A program made the position numbers and the translations under genes. From assembly GCA_963697335.1 (NCBI GenBank), contig CAVONQ010000002.1, forward strand, positions 32,001 through 96,000: DNA of 64,000 nt. Direction: 5' to 3'. Of this stretch, positions 29,401 through 39,661 are shown piece after piece. This stretch comes from an uncultured cyanobacterium (GTDB lineage Bacteria; Cyanobacteriota; Cyanobacteriia; PCC-6307; Cyanobiaceae). A model generated the notes under the pieces. It was not told where the DNA came from. It saw only the letters and a program-made list of their open reading frames with translations, and searched no databases. Positions within the stretch are counted from its first letter, which is position 1; each line of letters begins with the position of its first letter.

Positions 29401-30918
29401 TTACCTGGCGTCGGAGTTCGTTACGCCCCGCAACCTGGAGGCGGGTCGGGCTCGTCCCGTGCTGGCCCACTGCTCCAGGGCCTCCAGCTGCTCGCGGGCC
29501 GTGCGGCTGAGGGGAACCACCTGGCTGGCGGCGGCGATCAGGTCGGCCTCGCCGAACTCGCGCTGCTCGGCAAACGCCAGGTGCATGGCCTCGATCACGG
29601 TCTGCTCCAGTTCAGCCCCAGAGAAGCCCGCCGTGCGATCCACCAGCACCTCCAGCGGCAGGCTGTGGTCCGGCCGGCGCTGGCGCAACTGCAGATCGAG
29701 GATGGCCCGCCGTTCCTCCGGCCCCGGCAGTGCCAGCAGAAAAATCTCATCGAAGCGGCCCTTGCGCAGCAGTTCGGGGGGCAATCGCTCGGCGGCATTG
29801 GCCGTGGCCACCACGAACACCGGGCTGGTCTTTTCTGCCATCCAGGTGAGCACCGTGCCCAGCACCCGCTGGCTGGTGCCGCCATCACTGCGGCCGTCGC
29901 TGCTGGCCCCGAGGCCGAAGCCCTTGTCCACCTCATCGATCCAGAGCACGCAGGGGGCCATGGCCTCCACCCTCTGGATCATGTCGCGAGTGCGGGCCTC
30001 CGAGGCCCCAACCAGGCCCGCGAACAGGCGCCCCACATCCAGCCGCAGCAGGGGCATGGACCAGCTGTGGGCAATGGCCTTGGCCGTGAGCGACTTGCCC
30101 GTTCCCTGGGGCCCCACCAGCAGCACCCCCCTGGGCAGGGGCAACCCATAGGCCCGGGCCTCCTCGCTGAAGGCCCGGCGCCGTTGCTCCAGCCAGTGCT
30201 TGAGCGATTCGAGCCCGCCGATGTCGGCGGGGCTTGAGCTGCTGGGGCAATATTCCAGCAGGTCGCTCTTGGCAATCGCCTGGCGCTTTTCCTCCAGCAC
30301 CTCGGCCAGGTCGTCGGCGCCCAGCTGGCCGCGGCGGGCCAGGGCCCGGGCCGCCAGCTGGCGCACCCGCTGTTCACTGAGGCCGTGGCAGGCCGCCGTG
30401 AGCTGGCGCAGCACCGGCGGATCGAGCTGATGACCGCTGGCGGCGGCGATCGAGCTCAGCAGCTGGCCGATCTCGTCAGCATCCGGCAGGGGCAGATCCA
30501 GCAGGGTGATGCAGTCATCGAGGTCCAGCGGCACCTTCCACTCCGGCGCCGTGATGATCAGGGTGCGGGGGCTCTGGCGCAGGCTGCCGGCCAGGTTGCG
30601 CAGGCGGCGGCAGATGCCGGCATCCTCGCCGTAGCGGTGGAAGTCGCGCAGCAGCAGGATCGCCCCCTGCTCATCGGGCAGGGAATCGAGGCAGCTCAGA
30701 GCCCCCATCGGATTGCGGCTGGCCTCGCCCTCGCGGTTCGGGGCGCCGCGCAGGCCGTCCACGAAGTCCCAGCGCAGCAGGGTGCGGTTGCCCAGCCGCC
30801 GCGCCGCCTGCTCCAGCAGGGCCTCCACCCGCTGCTCCTCGAGGCTGCGGATCCAGAGGATCGGCGTGCGGGCCCGGATCATCAGGTCGAGGTGGTCAGC
30901 CCAGCTGGTTTCGCTCAT
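29401..30918 (-). CDS. ycf46: Ycf46-family AAA+ ATPase
   Basis: Degenerate N-terminal AAA, GVLLVGPQGTGKS, VLWIDEVDK, LPPELLRKGRFDEIF, GFSGAELEQ. Confidence 0.9.
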   Translation of the reverse strand: MSETSWADHLDLMIRARTPILWIRSLEEQRVEALLEQAARRLGNRTLLRWDFVDGLRGAPNREGEASRNPMGALSCLDSLPDEQGAILLLRDFHRYGEDAGICRRLRNLAGSLRQSPRTLIITAPEWKVPLDLDDCITLLDLPLPDADEIGQLLSSIAAASGHQLDPPVLRQLTAACHGLSEQRVRQLAARALARRGQLGADDLAEVLEEKRQAIAKSDLLEYCPSSSSPADIGGLESLKHWLEQRRRAFSEEARAYGLPLPRGVLLVGPQGTGKSLTAKAIAHSWSMPLLRLDVGRLFAGLVGASEARTRDMIQRVEAMAPCVLWIDEVDKGFGLGASSDGRSDGGTSQRVLGTVLTWMAEKTSPVFVVATANAAERLPPELLRKGRFDEIFLLALPGPEERRAILDLQLRQRRPDHSLPLEVLVDRTAGFSGAELEQTVIEAMHLAFAEQREFGEADLIAAASQVVPLSRTAREQLEALEQWASTGRARPASRLRGVTNSDAR

Positions 30919-31535
30919 GGTTGGGAGACGGGATCGCTTGCTCCCTGGGTGGGGTTCTGACGCAGAGCGGCCAGGGCCGCCCAGCGGGGGTCAACGCCAG
31001 CTGCCTCGCCTGCTCCCTCGCCACCGTGCCCCCCCTCGGCTGGGCCGCTGCCCCAGTGGGCCGGACCCGGGCAGTCGGCACCGCAGCGGTTCACCAGGGG
31101 CAGCTGCAGGCTCAGCTGCTCGAAGATCCAGTGGGCCGGGTCGAAGTCGCCGCGGGGATCGAGCGATTCGCTGAGGCTGTCGGTGTCAAGATCGAGGGGT
31201 GGATCCAGCGCCCTGGCCAGGGCCACTTCCAGGCTCTGGGGGTCTGCGGAGCCCAGCCAGATCAGCTCCTGGGCCTTCGCTTCCAGGCAGTGGTTGTAGT
31301 GGCGCAGGCAGCGGTCGCAGCAGAGGGTCACGATCGTGGCGGCCTCCCCCTCCACCTCGAGGGCGTCGCCGCGGTGCACCGCCTGCACCAGGCCCCGCAC
31401 CGGCGTGAGGCTGTCCAGGCCGTTCAGGTGGTGCTCCAGCCTCCATTCCAGCCCGCCCTTGAGGGCCTGGAGCTCACGGATCGGAACGGGCCGCAGCCGT
31501 GCCGGCGCAGGGGGGGTGGCGTGGGGAGAATCCAT
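30915..31535 (-). CDS. YceD/DUF177 family protein
   Basis: LCCDRCL, FEQLSLQLP, CGADCPG, VDPRWAAL. Confidence 0.88.
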   Translation of the reverse strand: MDSPHATPPAPARLRPVPIRELQALKGGLEWRLEHHLNGLDSLTPVRGLVQAVHRGDALEVEGEAATIVTLCCDRCLRHYNHCLEAKAQELIWLGSADPQSLEVALARALDPPLDLDTDSLSESLDPRGDFDPAHWIFEQLSLQLPLVNRCGADCPGPAHWGSGPAEGGHGGEGAGEAAGVDPRWAALAALRQNPTQGASDPVSQP

Positions 31536-31618
31536 CGGGGGGTTCTGGGGCGGGAAGCACCGGCGGCCGCAGCGATCCATGCCGCTGGGGTGGACCCGCC
31601 GGCATCACCGGCGCGGGA

Positions 31619-32767
31619 TCATTTCTTGCCCTTGGGCTCGAAGGGAAGTCGGCCGCCCCGCTCGCCGATGCCGACGCCGCCCGCCGCCACGGTGATGGCC
31701 TGCTGGGACTTCTGCTGATCCAGGATGGCCTGCAGGTTGTCGGGCAGGGCCTCGCGGCTGAGCAGAAAGGTCTGCAGCGCCTGGAAGATGTTGGCCACCA
31801 CCATGTAGAGCAGCACCCCGGCCGGCAGCGGGAAGAACAGGAACATGGCCGTGATCATCACGGGCGTGATCTTGTTGGCCGTGGACTGCTGCGGATTGGC
31901 CGGCATGCCCATTCCCGAGAGGATCTGGGAGATGAACAGGGTGGCGCCGAATCCGGCCACCAGGCCGGCGATGTCCCAGTTCACCTGGCCGTCGCTCATG
32001 AAGCCCACCTGGCCCAGGGCCTTGATGAACAGGAAGCCGCTGCGGGCCGCCAGGCCGGGGATCTTGGCCTCCACCGTGGCGTCCCCGGGGGCCAGGGCGG
32101 TGATGGTGCCGTTCTGATCCACGCGCACCACCTCATCCCCCTTGGAGACGCTCCAGGTGGGCCGGAAGGCGTCGCCGTTGTCCACCCCGGCCAGAACCGA
32201 GGCAAAGCTCTCGTTGGTCTTGGTGTGCAGCGTCACGGTTTCGCTGCTGCCCACCGCCAGCTTGTTGCCGGCCTCGAGGCTGGCGATCACGGGCACATGG
32301 CTGGTGCTGGTGACGAAGATCGAGTGGCTGGCCGTGTTGAAGGGCTTGGTCTCGATGGTGGCGACCTGGTCGGCGGGCAGCACCTTGAGGTTCACGGTGT
32401 AGGGCACATCCGCGAAGGGTGAGCCCCGCAGGGTGGCGAACAGGGCGAACAGGATCGGCATCTGCACCAGCAAGGGCAGACAGCCCGCCAGGGGGCTGCC
32501 GAACTCCTTCATCAACTTGCCCAGCTCCTCCTGCTGTTTCTGGGGGTTGCTGGCGTGGCGGGCCTTGATCTCGGCCTGGCGCTTCTGCATCACCGGCTGG
32601 GCGATGCGCATGCGCCGGGCATTGCGGATCGAGCCGGCGCTGAGGGGAAACAGGGCGAGCCGGATCACCACCGTGAGGGCAATGATCGCCAGCCCGTAGC
32701 TCGGCACCAATCCGTAGAAGAAATCGAGGATCGGGAGGAGCAGGTTGTCGGAGATGTAGCCGATCAC
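31619..32767 (-). CDS. yidC: Membrane protein insertase YidC/Alb3
   Basis: [38 protein letters not shown], terminal LPFEPK. Confidence 0.96.
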   Translation of the reverse strand: MIGYISDNLLLPILDFFYGLVPSYGLAIIALTVVIRLALFPLSAGSIRNARRMRIAQPVMQKRQAEIKARHASNPQKQQEELGKLMKEFGSPLAGCLPLLVQMPILFALFATLRGSPFADVPYTVNLKVLPADQVATIETKPFNTASHSIFVTSTSHVPVIASLEAGNKLAVGSSETVTLHTKTNESFASVLAGVDNGDAFRPTWSVSKGDEVVRVDQNGTITALAPGDATVEAKIPGLAARSGFLFIKALGQVGFMSDGQVNWDIAGLVAGFGATLFISQILSGMGMPANPQQSTANKITPVMITAMFLFFPLPAGVLLYMVVANIFQALQTFLLSREALPDNLQAILDQQKSQQAITVAAGGVGIGERGGRLPFEPKGKK

Positions 32768-32828
32768 AGCGGAGGGGGCCTGGGGGTGGAGGGAGGGCGT
32801 GGCTCAGTGTGCCTGAGCAGGCGGGGCT

Positions 32829-33239
32829 TCAGGCGGCCATGCCCTTGGGGGCGGCCGGACGCCTGGCCTGACGACGCTCCTCGATGTAGGCCTCCAGCTC
32901 GCGAAAGCGAGGCATGGAGCGCATTTCGAGCTTGGCGCCGTCGTTGAGCACCAGCACCATGTCGCCCCAGGCGCCGAAGCCGCGGGGCACGCTGCGCACC
33001 TCCCGGATCTGGCTGTACACCACCTGGGTGCGGTCGCGGCCCAGCCAGCCGCCATTGATCTCGATGCGGCGGCTGGTGATGCGGAAGCGCAGCCACAGGG
33101 CGCGCACCAGGGCCCCAACGGCAAAGGGCAGGCCGATCACGGTGAGGCCGAAGAGCAAGTTGGTGATCAGGTCGCCCTTGGCGGGGCCACCTTCGTAGAA
33201 CACCGTTTCCTGGATCTCGGTGGGGCTCTGCTTGCTCAT
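32829..33239 (-). CDS. Bacterial PH-domain membrane protein
   Basis: FYEGGP, TM segment, FRITSRRI, WGDMVL; sits between rnpA and yidC. Confidence 0.85.
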   Translation of the reverse strand: MSKQSPTEIQETVFYEGGPAKGDLITNLLFGLTVIGLPFAVGALVRALWLRFRITSRRIEINGGWLGRDRTQVVYSQIREVRSVPRGFGAWGDMVLVLNDGAKLEMRSMPRFRELEAYIEERRQARRPAAPKGMAA

Positions 33240-33619
33240 CGTCTCAGACCTGCTCGTTGCAGAAGCTGCTCACATTCTTCCAGTAGGGCGTCGTCGCCGC
33301 GATCGGCACTGCCAGGCTTGAGACTGAGCAGCAGCCACACCGGACCCTGGGGCGAGGTGAGCTCCTGGCCGACCAGGTGGCTGTGCAGCAGGCGGCGCAG
33401 GCGGTTGCGCCGCACGGCCCGCTTGTGAACCTTGGAGCTGATCACCACCCCGCAGCGCCAGGAACTCAGGGCGTGGCCGCGGTCGGCCTTGGGTTCCAGC
33501 GGCGCCTTGGCCGGATGCCAACGCAGGGAGAGGTGGGGGCTGTGGAGCTGGCGGCCCCGGCGGTAGAGGGCGTCAAAGACACGCTGCCCCTTGAGCCTGT
33601 GGCGGCGGGGCAGGGCCAT
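33236..33619 (-). CDS. rnpA: Ribonuclease P protein component
   Basis: MALPRRHRLK, GVVISSKVHKRAVRRNRLRR (RNR motif). Confidence 0.95.
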   Translation of the reverse strand: MALPRRHRLKGQRVFDALYRRGRQLHSPHLSLRWHPAKAPLEPKADRGHALSSWRCGVVISSKVHKRAVRRNRLRRLLHSHLVGQELTSPQGPVWLLLSLKPGSADRGDDALLEECEQLLQRAGLRR

Positions 33620-33623
33620 AGCC

Positions 33624-33761
33624 TCAGACGGCCAGTCGGGAGCGTCCGCGGCGGCGACGGGTGCGGATCACGCGGCGGCCGGTGTGGCTGCGCATGCGCA
33701 CGCGGAAGCCAGACACGCGCTTGCGCTTGCGGCTTGTGCCCCCCAGGGTTCGCTTGGTCAT
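33624..33761 (-). CDS. rpmH: 50S ribosomal protein L34 (below ORF-track size cut-off)
   Basis: Manual translation [55 protein letters not shown]-like sequence upstream. Confidence 0.98.
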   Translation of the reverse strand: MTKRTLGGTSRKRKRVSGFRVRMRSHTGRRVIRTRRRRGRSRLAV

Positions 33762-33843
33762 GGCTCTCTGATCGCTCCTTCCGTCGCGTGGTTACTGGTG
33801 TTGGGTCAAGCTATCAGGCCACCTTGCGGTGCCTGGCAGCAGC

Positions 33844-34446
33844 TCAGTTGCTGGGGGGATCGATCTGGATCAGCCAGCTGCCGAGGTAGCCCGAAATCGG
33901 CACCTCGCCGGGGGCCTGGGCCAGGGCGTTGAACTGGTACATCCCCACATCGAAGGGATTGAACAGGTTCATGTACACCCCGATCGTGTCGGTGTCCGAC
34001 ACCGGGGTGTCGGGGAAGATCTCGATGGCACCGCCGTTCTCGGCCACCTCGATCGTGGCGGGGATGGTCTCCAGGCAACGGGTGCGCGACAGCATGCCTC
34101 CCTTGCTCATCTTGCAGAGTTTCACCCGGCTGGGTTCGATCTTGGCGTCGAAGTGGTCGGGGATCGTGACGCTCAGCTTGAGGATCGCGGTCTTGCGGTC
34201 CTTCGGGCGCAGCACCAGGTAGTACTCCGAGCGCCGCAGGCGCTGGGTGTTGGTCATGAAGAAATAGAGCTTGCGGTAGTCGCGGCTGTTCTCCCAGCGG
34301 AACTCCAGCAGGCCAGGGGTGCCCTGGGCCAGGGCCGGTGGCTGCAGGGCTGCAGGGCTCAGCAGGCTCAGGGCGCTGAAGGCGGCGGTACCGAGCCCCG
34401 CTGCCAGGGTGAGGGCCAGGGGGCGGCGTGGTGGGTGAAAACCCAT
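33844..34446 (-). CDS. DUF2808 family protein
   Basis: Signal peptide, PGLLEFRWEN, FNPFDVGMYQFN, YLGSWLIQI. Confidence 0.85.
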   Translation of the reverse strand: MGFHPPRRPLALTLAAGLGTAAFSALSLLSPAALQPPALAQGTPGLLEFRWENSRDYRKLYFFMTNTQRLRRSEYYLVLRPKDRKTAILKLSVTIPDHFDAKIEPSRVKLCKMSKGGMLSRTRCLETIPATIEVAENGGAIEIFPDTPVSDTDTIGVYMNLFNPFDVGMYQFNALAQAPGEVPISGYLGSWLIQIDPPSN

Positions 34447-34518
34447 GGGGCCTGCTCCGATCAATCTTTCAATCCCAGCAGAGCAGACGCGGTGCTGCGG
34501 GCTGAGGTGGTCGGCGGG

Positions 34519-34893
34519 CTAGCTGGCGCGGTCGGGACGCAGCCGGCTCGCGCCCCGCAGATAGGGGTGGCACGGCTGGCGATCGGGATCCATCCAGGCG
34601 TGGGCCAGCAGGCGGATGCAGTGCTCCAGATCCCCCGCCACCGCCATCTGCTGGCAATCGAGCAGGGCCACATGCTCCCAGCCTGGCCGGCGCCGGGCGA
34701 TCGCGGCGGGGAAGCAGGCGTCGAGATCGGTGGTCACCGAGAAGGTCACCGAGAGCACCTGATCTCCTTCCAGACCGTTGCGCTCCACCAGCGCCTGCAT
34801 CAGTTCGGCCACGGCCTCATCGATCGCGGCCGCCGTGTTCGCCTGGCTGGTGGTGGCCCCTCGCAGGGCTCGCAGCTGCAGCCCGCCGCTCAT
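34519..34893 (-). CDS. aroH: Chorismate mutase, AroH class
   Basis: RALRGATT, FSVTTDLDACFPA, LLDCQQM, HPYLRGASRLRPD. Confidence 0.94.
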   Translation of the reverse strand: MSGGLQLRALRGATTSQANTAAAIDEAVAELMQALVERNGLEGDQVLSVTFSVTTDLDACFPAAIARRRPGWEHVALLDCQQMAVAGDLEHCIRLLAHAWMDPDRQPCHPYLRGASRLRPDRAS

Positions 34894-35702
34894 GGGCGGA
34901 ACAGCCACAGGGGCTGGCCGCACCAGCCCAGCTCCAGGCTGAGCAGCTGCTGCACCCGGTCCACCTGGCTGCGGCCGGGGATCAGGCCGGCGAAGCGCTT
35001 GGGCGGGGTGCCGAAGGTGATGGGGCGGCTCTTCTCCGCATCCAGCCCGGCCAGCTCGGCCGCCAGGCGGCGGGCCGCCTCCTCATCCCCCAGAACATCC
35101 ACCAGACCCAGCTCCAGGGCCTGGGCCCCACTGAACACGCGTCCATCGGCGAAGGCACGCACGGCCTCGGTCTCGAGCTGGCGACCTTCCGCCACGGCCC
35201 CCACGAACTGCTGGTAGCTGGAGTCGATCAGGCTCTGCAGCAGTTCCCGTTCCGCCTCGCTCAGGGCCCGATCCGGCGAGAGGATGTCCTTGTAGAGGCC
35301 GCTCTTCACCGTTTCGAAGCTCACGCCGATCCGCTCGAGCAGTTTCGAGAGGTTGTTGCCCCGCAGGATCACGCCGATCGAGCCGGTGATGCTGCCTGGG
35401 TTGGCCACGATCTTTTCGGCCGCCACGCCGATGTAGACGCCCCCGGAGGCGGAGATGTTGCCGAAGCTGGCCACCACGCGGCAGCCCTTCTCACGCAGTC
35501 GCAGCAGGCCCGCGTGGATCTCCTGGCTGTCGCCCACGGTGCCGCCGGGACTGTCGATCCGCAGCAGCAGGGCCGGGCACTCCCGTTGCTCCACCTGGCG
35601 CAGGGCCTTGAGCACCCTGGTGCGCGTGCCCCCGCCAATGGGGCCTTCGATGGCGATTCGCGCCATGGTGCGGCGTGTCTTGCGGCGCCAGGGCCAGACC
35701 AT
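34890..35702 (-). CDS. sppA: Signal peptide peptidase SppA (S49, short form)
   Basis: RIDSPGG, SASGGVY, ITGSIGVI, KSGLYKD, ADGRVFSG. Confidence 0.94.
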   Translation of the reverse strand: MVWPWRRKTRRTMARIAIEGPIGGGTRTRVLKALRQVEQRECPALLLRIDSPGGTVGDSQEIHAGLLRLREKGCRVVASFGNISASGGVYIGVAAEKIVANPGSITGSIGVILRGNNLSKLLERIGVSFETVKSGLYKDILSPDRALSEAERELLQSLIDSSYQQFVGAVAEGRQLETEAVRAFADGRVFSGAQALELGLVDVLGDEEAARRLAAELAGLDAEKSRPITFGTPPKRFAGLIPGRSQVDRVQQLLSLELGWCGQPLWLFRP

Positions 35703-35765
35703 GGAACTCTTGTGTGGTTGCCGGATCTTAAAAAGAAGCTCCCACCGGCCTTGAACACCGCCCCC

Positions 35766-36701
35766 ATGCCCCAGGCCCTGCGCTGGTTGCTGATGCTGTT
35801 GCCCTTTGCCCTCTGGGGCACGGCCATGGCGGCGATGCGACCCCTGCTCAGCGACGCCGCCCCCCTGCTGGTGGCCACGCTGCGGTTGCTGCCGGCCGGG
35901 CTGCTGCTGCTGCTGGCGGCCCGGCTGCTGGGCCGCCCCCTGGCCATTCACCGCGCCGACTGGCCCTGGCTGCTCGCCTTTGCCCTGGTGGACGGGGCCC
36001 TGTTCCAGGGGCTGCTGGCCCGGGGCCTGGTGCAGACGGGGGCCGGGCTGGGCTCGGTGCTGATCGATTCCCAGCCCCTGCTGGTGGCCCTGATGGCCCG
36101 CAGTCTGTTCGGCGAGGCGATCAACCCGGTGGGCTGGCTGGGGCTGGTGCTGGGGCTGCTGGGCATCCTCTGCCTAGGCCTGCCGGCCGCCGTGCTGCGC
36201 CACTGGTGGCTGGAAGGGCCCCTGGTGCTGGATCAGCGGGCCTGGAGCCATGGCGAGCTCTGGATGCTGGGCGCGGCGGTGGCGATGGCGGTGGGCACGG
36301 TGCTCTGCCGCTATGCGGTGCGCCACAGCGACCCGGTGGCGGTCACCGGCTGGCACATGCTGCTGGGGGGGGTGCCCCTGCTGGCGCTCCACGGGGGACC
36401 GCTGCTGGCATCGGGTGGCCCCTGGCTGCCGGCCTGGTCGTCGCTGCAGTGGGGTCTGATGGCCTACGCCAGCCTGCTGGGCAGTGCTCTGGCCTACGGA
36501 TTGTTCTTCTGGTTTGCGAGCAGCGGTGACCTCACCGGCTTCACCGCCCTCACCTTCCTCACCCCCGTGTTTGCCGTGCTCTGTGGCGTGGTGTGGCTGC
36601 AGGAGCGGCTGTCCCCGCTGCAGTGGCTGGGGGCCGGCCTGGCGATGGTGTCGGTGCTGCTGATCAACCGCCGCCAGCAGCTCTGGGGAGGACCGCTCTG
36701 A
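35766..36701 (+). CDS. EamA/DMT family transporter
   Basis: About 10 TM helices, LWGTAM, GAGLGSVLIDSQP, FLTPVFA. Confidence 0.9.
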   Translation: MPQALRWLLMLLPFALWGTAMAAMRPLLSDAAPLLVATLRLLPAGLLLLLAARLLGRPLAIHRADWPWLLAFALVDGALFQGLLARGLVQTGAGLGSVLIDSQPLLVALMARSLFGEAINPVGWLGLVLGLLGILCLGLPAAVLRHWWLEGPLVLDQRAWSHGELWMLGAAVAMAVGTVLCRYAVRHSDPVAVTGWHMLLGGVPLLALHGGPLLASGGPWLPAWSSLQWGLMAYASLLGSALAYGLFFWFASSGDLTGFTALTFLTPVFAVLCGVVWLQERLSPLQWLGAGLAMVSVLLINRRQQLWGGPL

Positions 36702-37810
36702 TGCGGCTCCTGGTGGTGAACACCCCCGTGGGGCCCCTGGGCAGCGGCGCCGGTGGCGGCGTGGAGCTCACGGCCCTCTCCCTGGTGGCGGGGCTGTTGC
36801 AACGTGGCCATCAGGTGATGGTGCTGGCCGCCGAGGGCTCCCGGCTGCCGCCCAGCTGTGGCGGCGCTGAGCTCTGGCTGGAGCGGGGCGAGGCCCAGCC
36901 CAGCTGCCAGCACCAGGAGCGCCTCAGCCCGGTGCTGATCCCCGCCGATGGCCTGCTGCCCCGGCTCTGGCGGCGGGCCCTGAGCCACCAGCATCGCGCC
37001 GATCTGATCCTCAACCTCGCCTACGACTGGCTGCCGCTCTGGCTCACGCCCCACGTACCCACGCCCCTGGTCCACCTGATCAGCATGGGATCCGTGGGCG
37101 AGGCGATGGATGCGGTGATCGCCGAGGTGGCGTCCCGGCAGCCAGGGCGCTTCGCCTTCCACACCGCTGCCCAGGCCGCCGATTTCAGCCTGCCCGGACC
37201 GCCACGGCTGGTGGGCAACGGCTTCGACCTCGATCAATACCGCTTCAATCCCCAGCCGCAGCGCCTGCTGGGCTGGGCCGGCCGCATCGCGCCCGAGAAG
37301 GGCCTCGAGGATGCGGCGGCCGTGGCGGCCCAGCTGCAGATGCCCCTGGCGGTGTGGGGCCTGCCCCAGGATCCGGCCTATGCCCGTTGGGTGGAGAGCT
37401 CCGTGCCCCCCGGCACGCTGCAGTGGCGTGGTTTTCTGCCCACCGAGCAGCTGCAGGCCGAGCTGGGGCGCTGCGCGGTGGTGCTCAACACCCCGAAGTG
37501 GAACGAGGCTTTCGGCAACGTGGTGGTGGAGGCCATGGCCTGTGGGGTGCCGGTGGCGGCCTACGCCCGGGGCGGCCCGGGGGAACTGGTGCAGGAGGGG
37601 CTCAACGGCGCCCTGGCGGCGGCCGATGACCGGGCAGCCCTGGCCCTGGCCACCGAGCGGGCGCTGGGGGTGGAGCGGGCGGCTTGCCGTCGCTGGGTGG
37701 AGCGCCACTGTTCCCGGGCCGTGTTCGCCGAGCGGATCGAGGCCTGGCTGGAGGAGGTGCTGGGGGAGGAGAGGCTGGAAGGGGGTGGAGCCCCCGAGGG
37801 GCGCAGATAG
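36701..37810 (+). CDS. Glycosyltransferase family 4
   Basis: GSGAGGGVE, GRIAPEKG, EAFGNVVVEAMACGVPV. Confidence 0.92.
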   Translation: MRLLVVNTPVGPLGSGAGGGVELTALSLVAGLLQRGHQVMVLAAEGSRLPPSCGGAELWLERGEAQPSCQHQERLSPVLIPADGLLPRLWRRALSHQHRADLILNLAYDWLPLWLTPHVPTPLVHLISMGSVGEAMDAVIAEVASRQPGRFAFHTAAQAADFSLPGPPRLVGNGFDLDQYRFNPQPQRLLGWAGRIAPEKGLEDAAAVAAQLQMPLAVWGLPQDPAYARWVESSVPPGTLQWRGFLPTEQLQAELGRCAVVLNTPKWNEAFGNVVVEAMACGVPVAAYARGGPGELVQEGLNGALAAADDRAALALATERALGVERAACRRWVERHCSRAVFAERIEAWLEEVLGEERLEGGGAPEGRR

Positions 37811-37834
37811 GGTCGCCCCAGCCTCCTGGGCCCA

Positions 37835-39661
37835 GTGACCCCTGCTCCGGTTCCCACTCCCCAGCGTCGCCGGCTGCTGCTGCTCTGCCTTGGCCTGGGG
37901 ATGGTGCTGTTCCTGTGGCAGCTGGGGGCCAGTGGCCTGGTGGATGAGACGCCACCGCTGTTTGCCGCCTCGGCCCGGGCGATGGCCGAGGGCGGTGACT
38001 GGCTGATTCCGTGGGTCAACGGTCTGCCCCGCTACGACAAGCCGCCTCTGGTGTACTGGGGGATGGGCCTGGTCTATGCCCTCCCCGGCCAGGGGTGGTG
38101 GAACCCCCTGGGCAGCTGGGCGGCCAGGCTGCCCTCAGCCCTGGCCTCGATCGGGCTGATGCTGGCCCTGGCGGACACCCTGCTGCGCTGGCCCCAGCAC
38201 GGCCGCCGTGCCGCCCTGGCCGCCCTGACGGCGGCCGTGGCCTTCGCCCTCTCGCCCCTGGTGCTGCTGTGGGGGCGGATTGCAGTGAGCGACGGCCTCT
38301 TTTCCGGTTGCCTGGGCCTCAGCCTGCTGCTCTGCTGGCGCTGCTATGCCGCTGGCGGCCGCGGCTGGTGGTGGGGATGGCTCTGGCTGGGCCTGGCGGT
38401 GCTGACCAAGGGGCCGGTGGCGGTGCTGTTGCTTGGCCTCACCCAGCTGCTGTTCGGCTGGCTGCAGGGTGACCTGGCGCGGCTCTGGTGCCGGCTGCGG
38501 CCGCTGCCGGGCCTGGCGATCACGGCGGCCCTGAGCCTGCCCTGGTATGGCCTGGCCCTGGCGGTGGAGGGGGAGCCGTTCTGGCGCAGCTTCTTCGGCT
38601 ACCACAACCTGCAGCGCTTCACGGCTGCGGTGAACAACCACTCCCAGCCCTGGTGGTTTTTCGGGCCGGTGCTGCTGCTGGCCAGCCTGCCCTGGAGCCC
38701 CGTGCTGCTGCTGGGCCTGCTGCAGGGCCTCAGGGGCCCCGGGCCCTGGCGCTGGCGCCGGGTTCCTGTGGCGTCGCTGCCGCCGGCCCTGTCGCTGCAG
38801 CGCTACAGCGCCTGCTGGCTGCTGGCGGTGCTGCTGTTCTTCACCCTGGCGGCCACCAAACTGCCCAGTTACTGGCTGCCCGCCACGCCGGCGGCCGGGG
38901 TGCTGGTGGCCCTGGCGGCCCAGCGGGCCCAGGCGACGCGCTGGGGCTGGGGTTGCGCTGCAGCCACCACGGTGCTGCTGAGCCTGGGGATGGCCCTTGT
39001 TTTCGCCGCCGCCCCGCTGTGGTTGCCCCTGGTGATCACGCCGGAGATGCCATCGCTCCCCCAGGAGCTGCTGGATTCGCGCCTGCTGGCCCTCGCCGCC
39101 GGCTGCTACGGCGCCGCCGCCTTGGGAGGGGCGCTGCTGTGGTGGCGGCGTCAGCCGCTGCTGGGGCTGGCGGCGCTGCAGGGGCCGCTGCTGCTGTTCG
39201 TGCCCCTGGTGCTGCTGCCCAGCTGGCAGCTGGGGGACCGGCTGCGGGGCCTGCCGGTGCGGGCCATGGCCAGGGCCGTGGGGCAGCACCAGGAGCGCGC
39301 CCAGCCCCTGGCCATGGTGGGCATGTTGAAACCCTCGCTGCACTACTACAGCCGTCGCGTGGTGATCTACGAGGGAGCCCCTGCCTCGGGGCTGGTGAAC
39401 CTGGCCGATCGCCTGGCGCGGGAGCGCCGCCGGGGCCAGGAGCCGAGTGGGGTCGAGCAGCAGCCCACGCTGCTGCTGGTGATCGATGCCGAAACGGCCG
39501 AGCGGCCCCACTGGCGCGATCTGCAGCCCGAGGTGCTGGCCTCCTCCGGGATCTATCGGCTCTGGCGCCTGGATCGCCAGCGCCTGGAGCGCCGTGCCGC
39601 GCAGCTGCGCGCCGCCGGCCTGGGGCCGGACTGGCAGGCCCCGCGGCCCGAGCGCTACTGA
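37835..39661 (+). CDS. ArnT/PMT-like (GT-C) membrane glycosyltransferase
   Basis: LVDETPPLF, YDKPPLVYW, ARLPSA, LTKGPV, TKLPSYWLP; polytopic membrane protein. Confidence 0.9.
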   Translation: MTPAPVPTPQRRRLLLLCLGLGMVLFLWQLGASGLVDETPPLFAASARAMAEGGDWLIPWVNGLPRYDKPPLVYWGMGLVYALPGQGWWNPLGSWAARLPSALASIGLMLALADTLLRWPQHGRRAALAALTAAVAFALSPLVLLWGRIAVSDGLFSGCLGLSLLLCWRCYAAGGRGWWWGWLWLGLAVLTKGPVAVLLLGLTQLLFGWLQGDLARLWCRLRPLPGLAITAALSLPWYGLALAVEGEPFWRSFFGYHNLQRFTAAVNNHSQPWWFFGPVLLLASLPWSPVLLLGLLQGLRGPGPWRWRRVPVASLPPALSLQRYSACWLLAVLLFFTLAATKLPSYWLPATPAAGVLVALAAQRAQATRWGWGCAAATTVLLSLGMALVFAAAPLWLPLVITPEMPSLPQELLDSRLLALAAGCYGAAALGGALLWWRRQPLLGLAALQGPLLLFVPLVLLPSWQLGDRLRGLPVRAMARAVGQHQERAQPLAMVGMLKPSLHYYSRRVVIYEGAPASGLVNLADRLARERRRGQEPSGVEQQPTLLLVIDAETAERPHWRDLQPEVLASSGIYRLWRLDRQRLERRAAQLRAAGLGPDWQAPRPERY

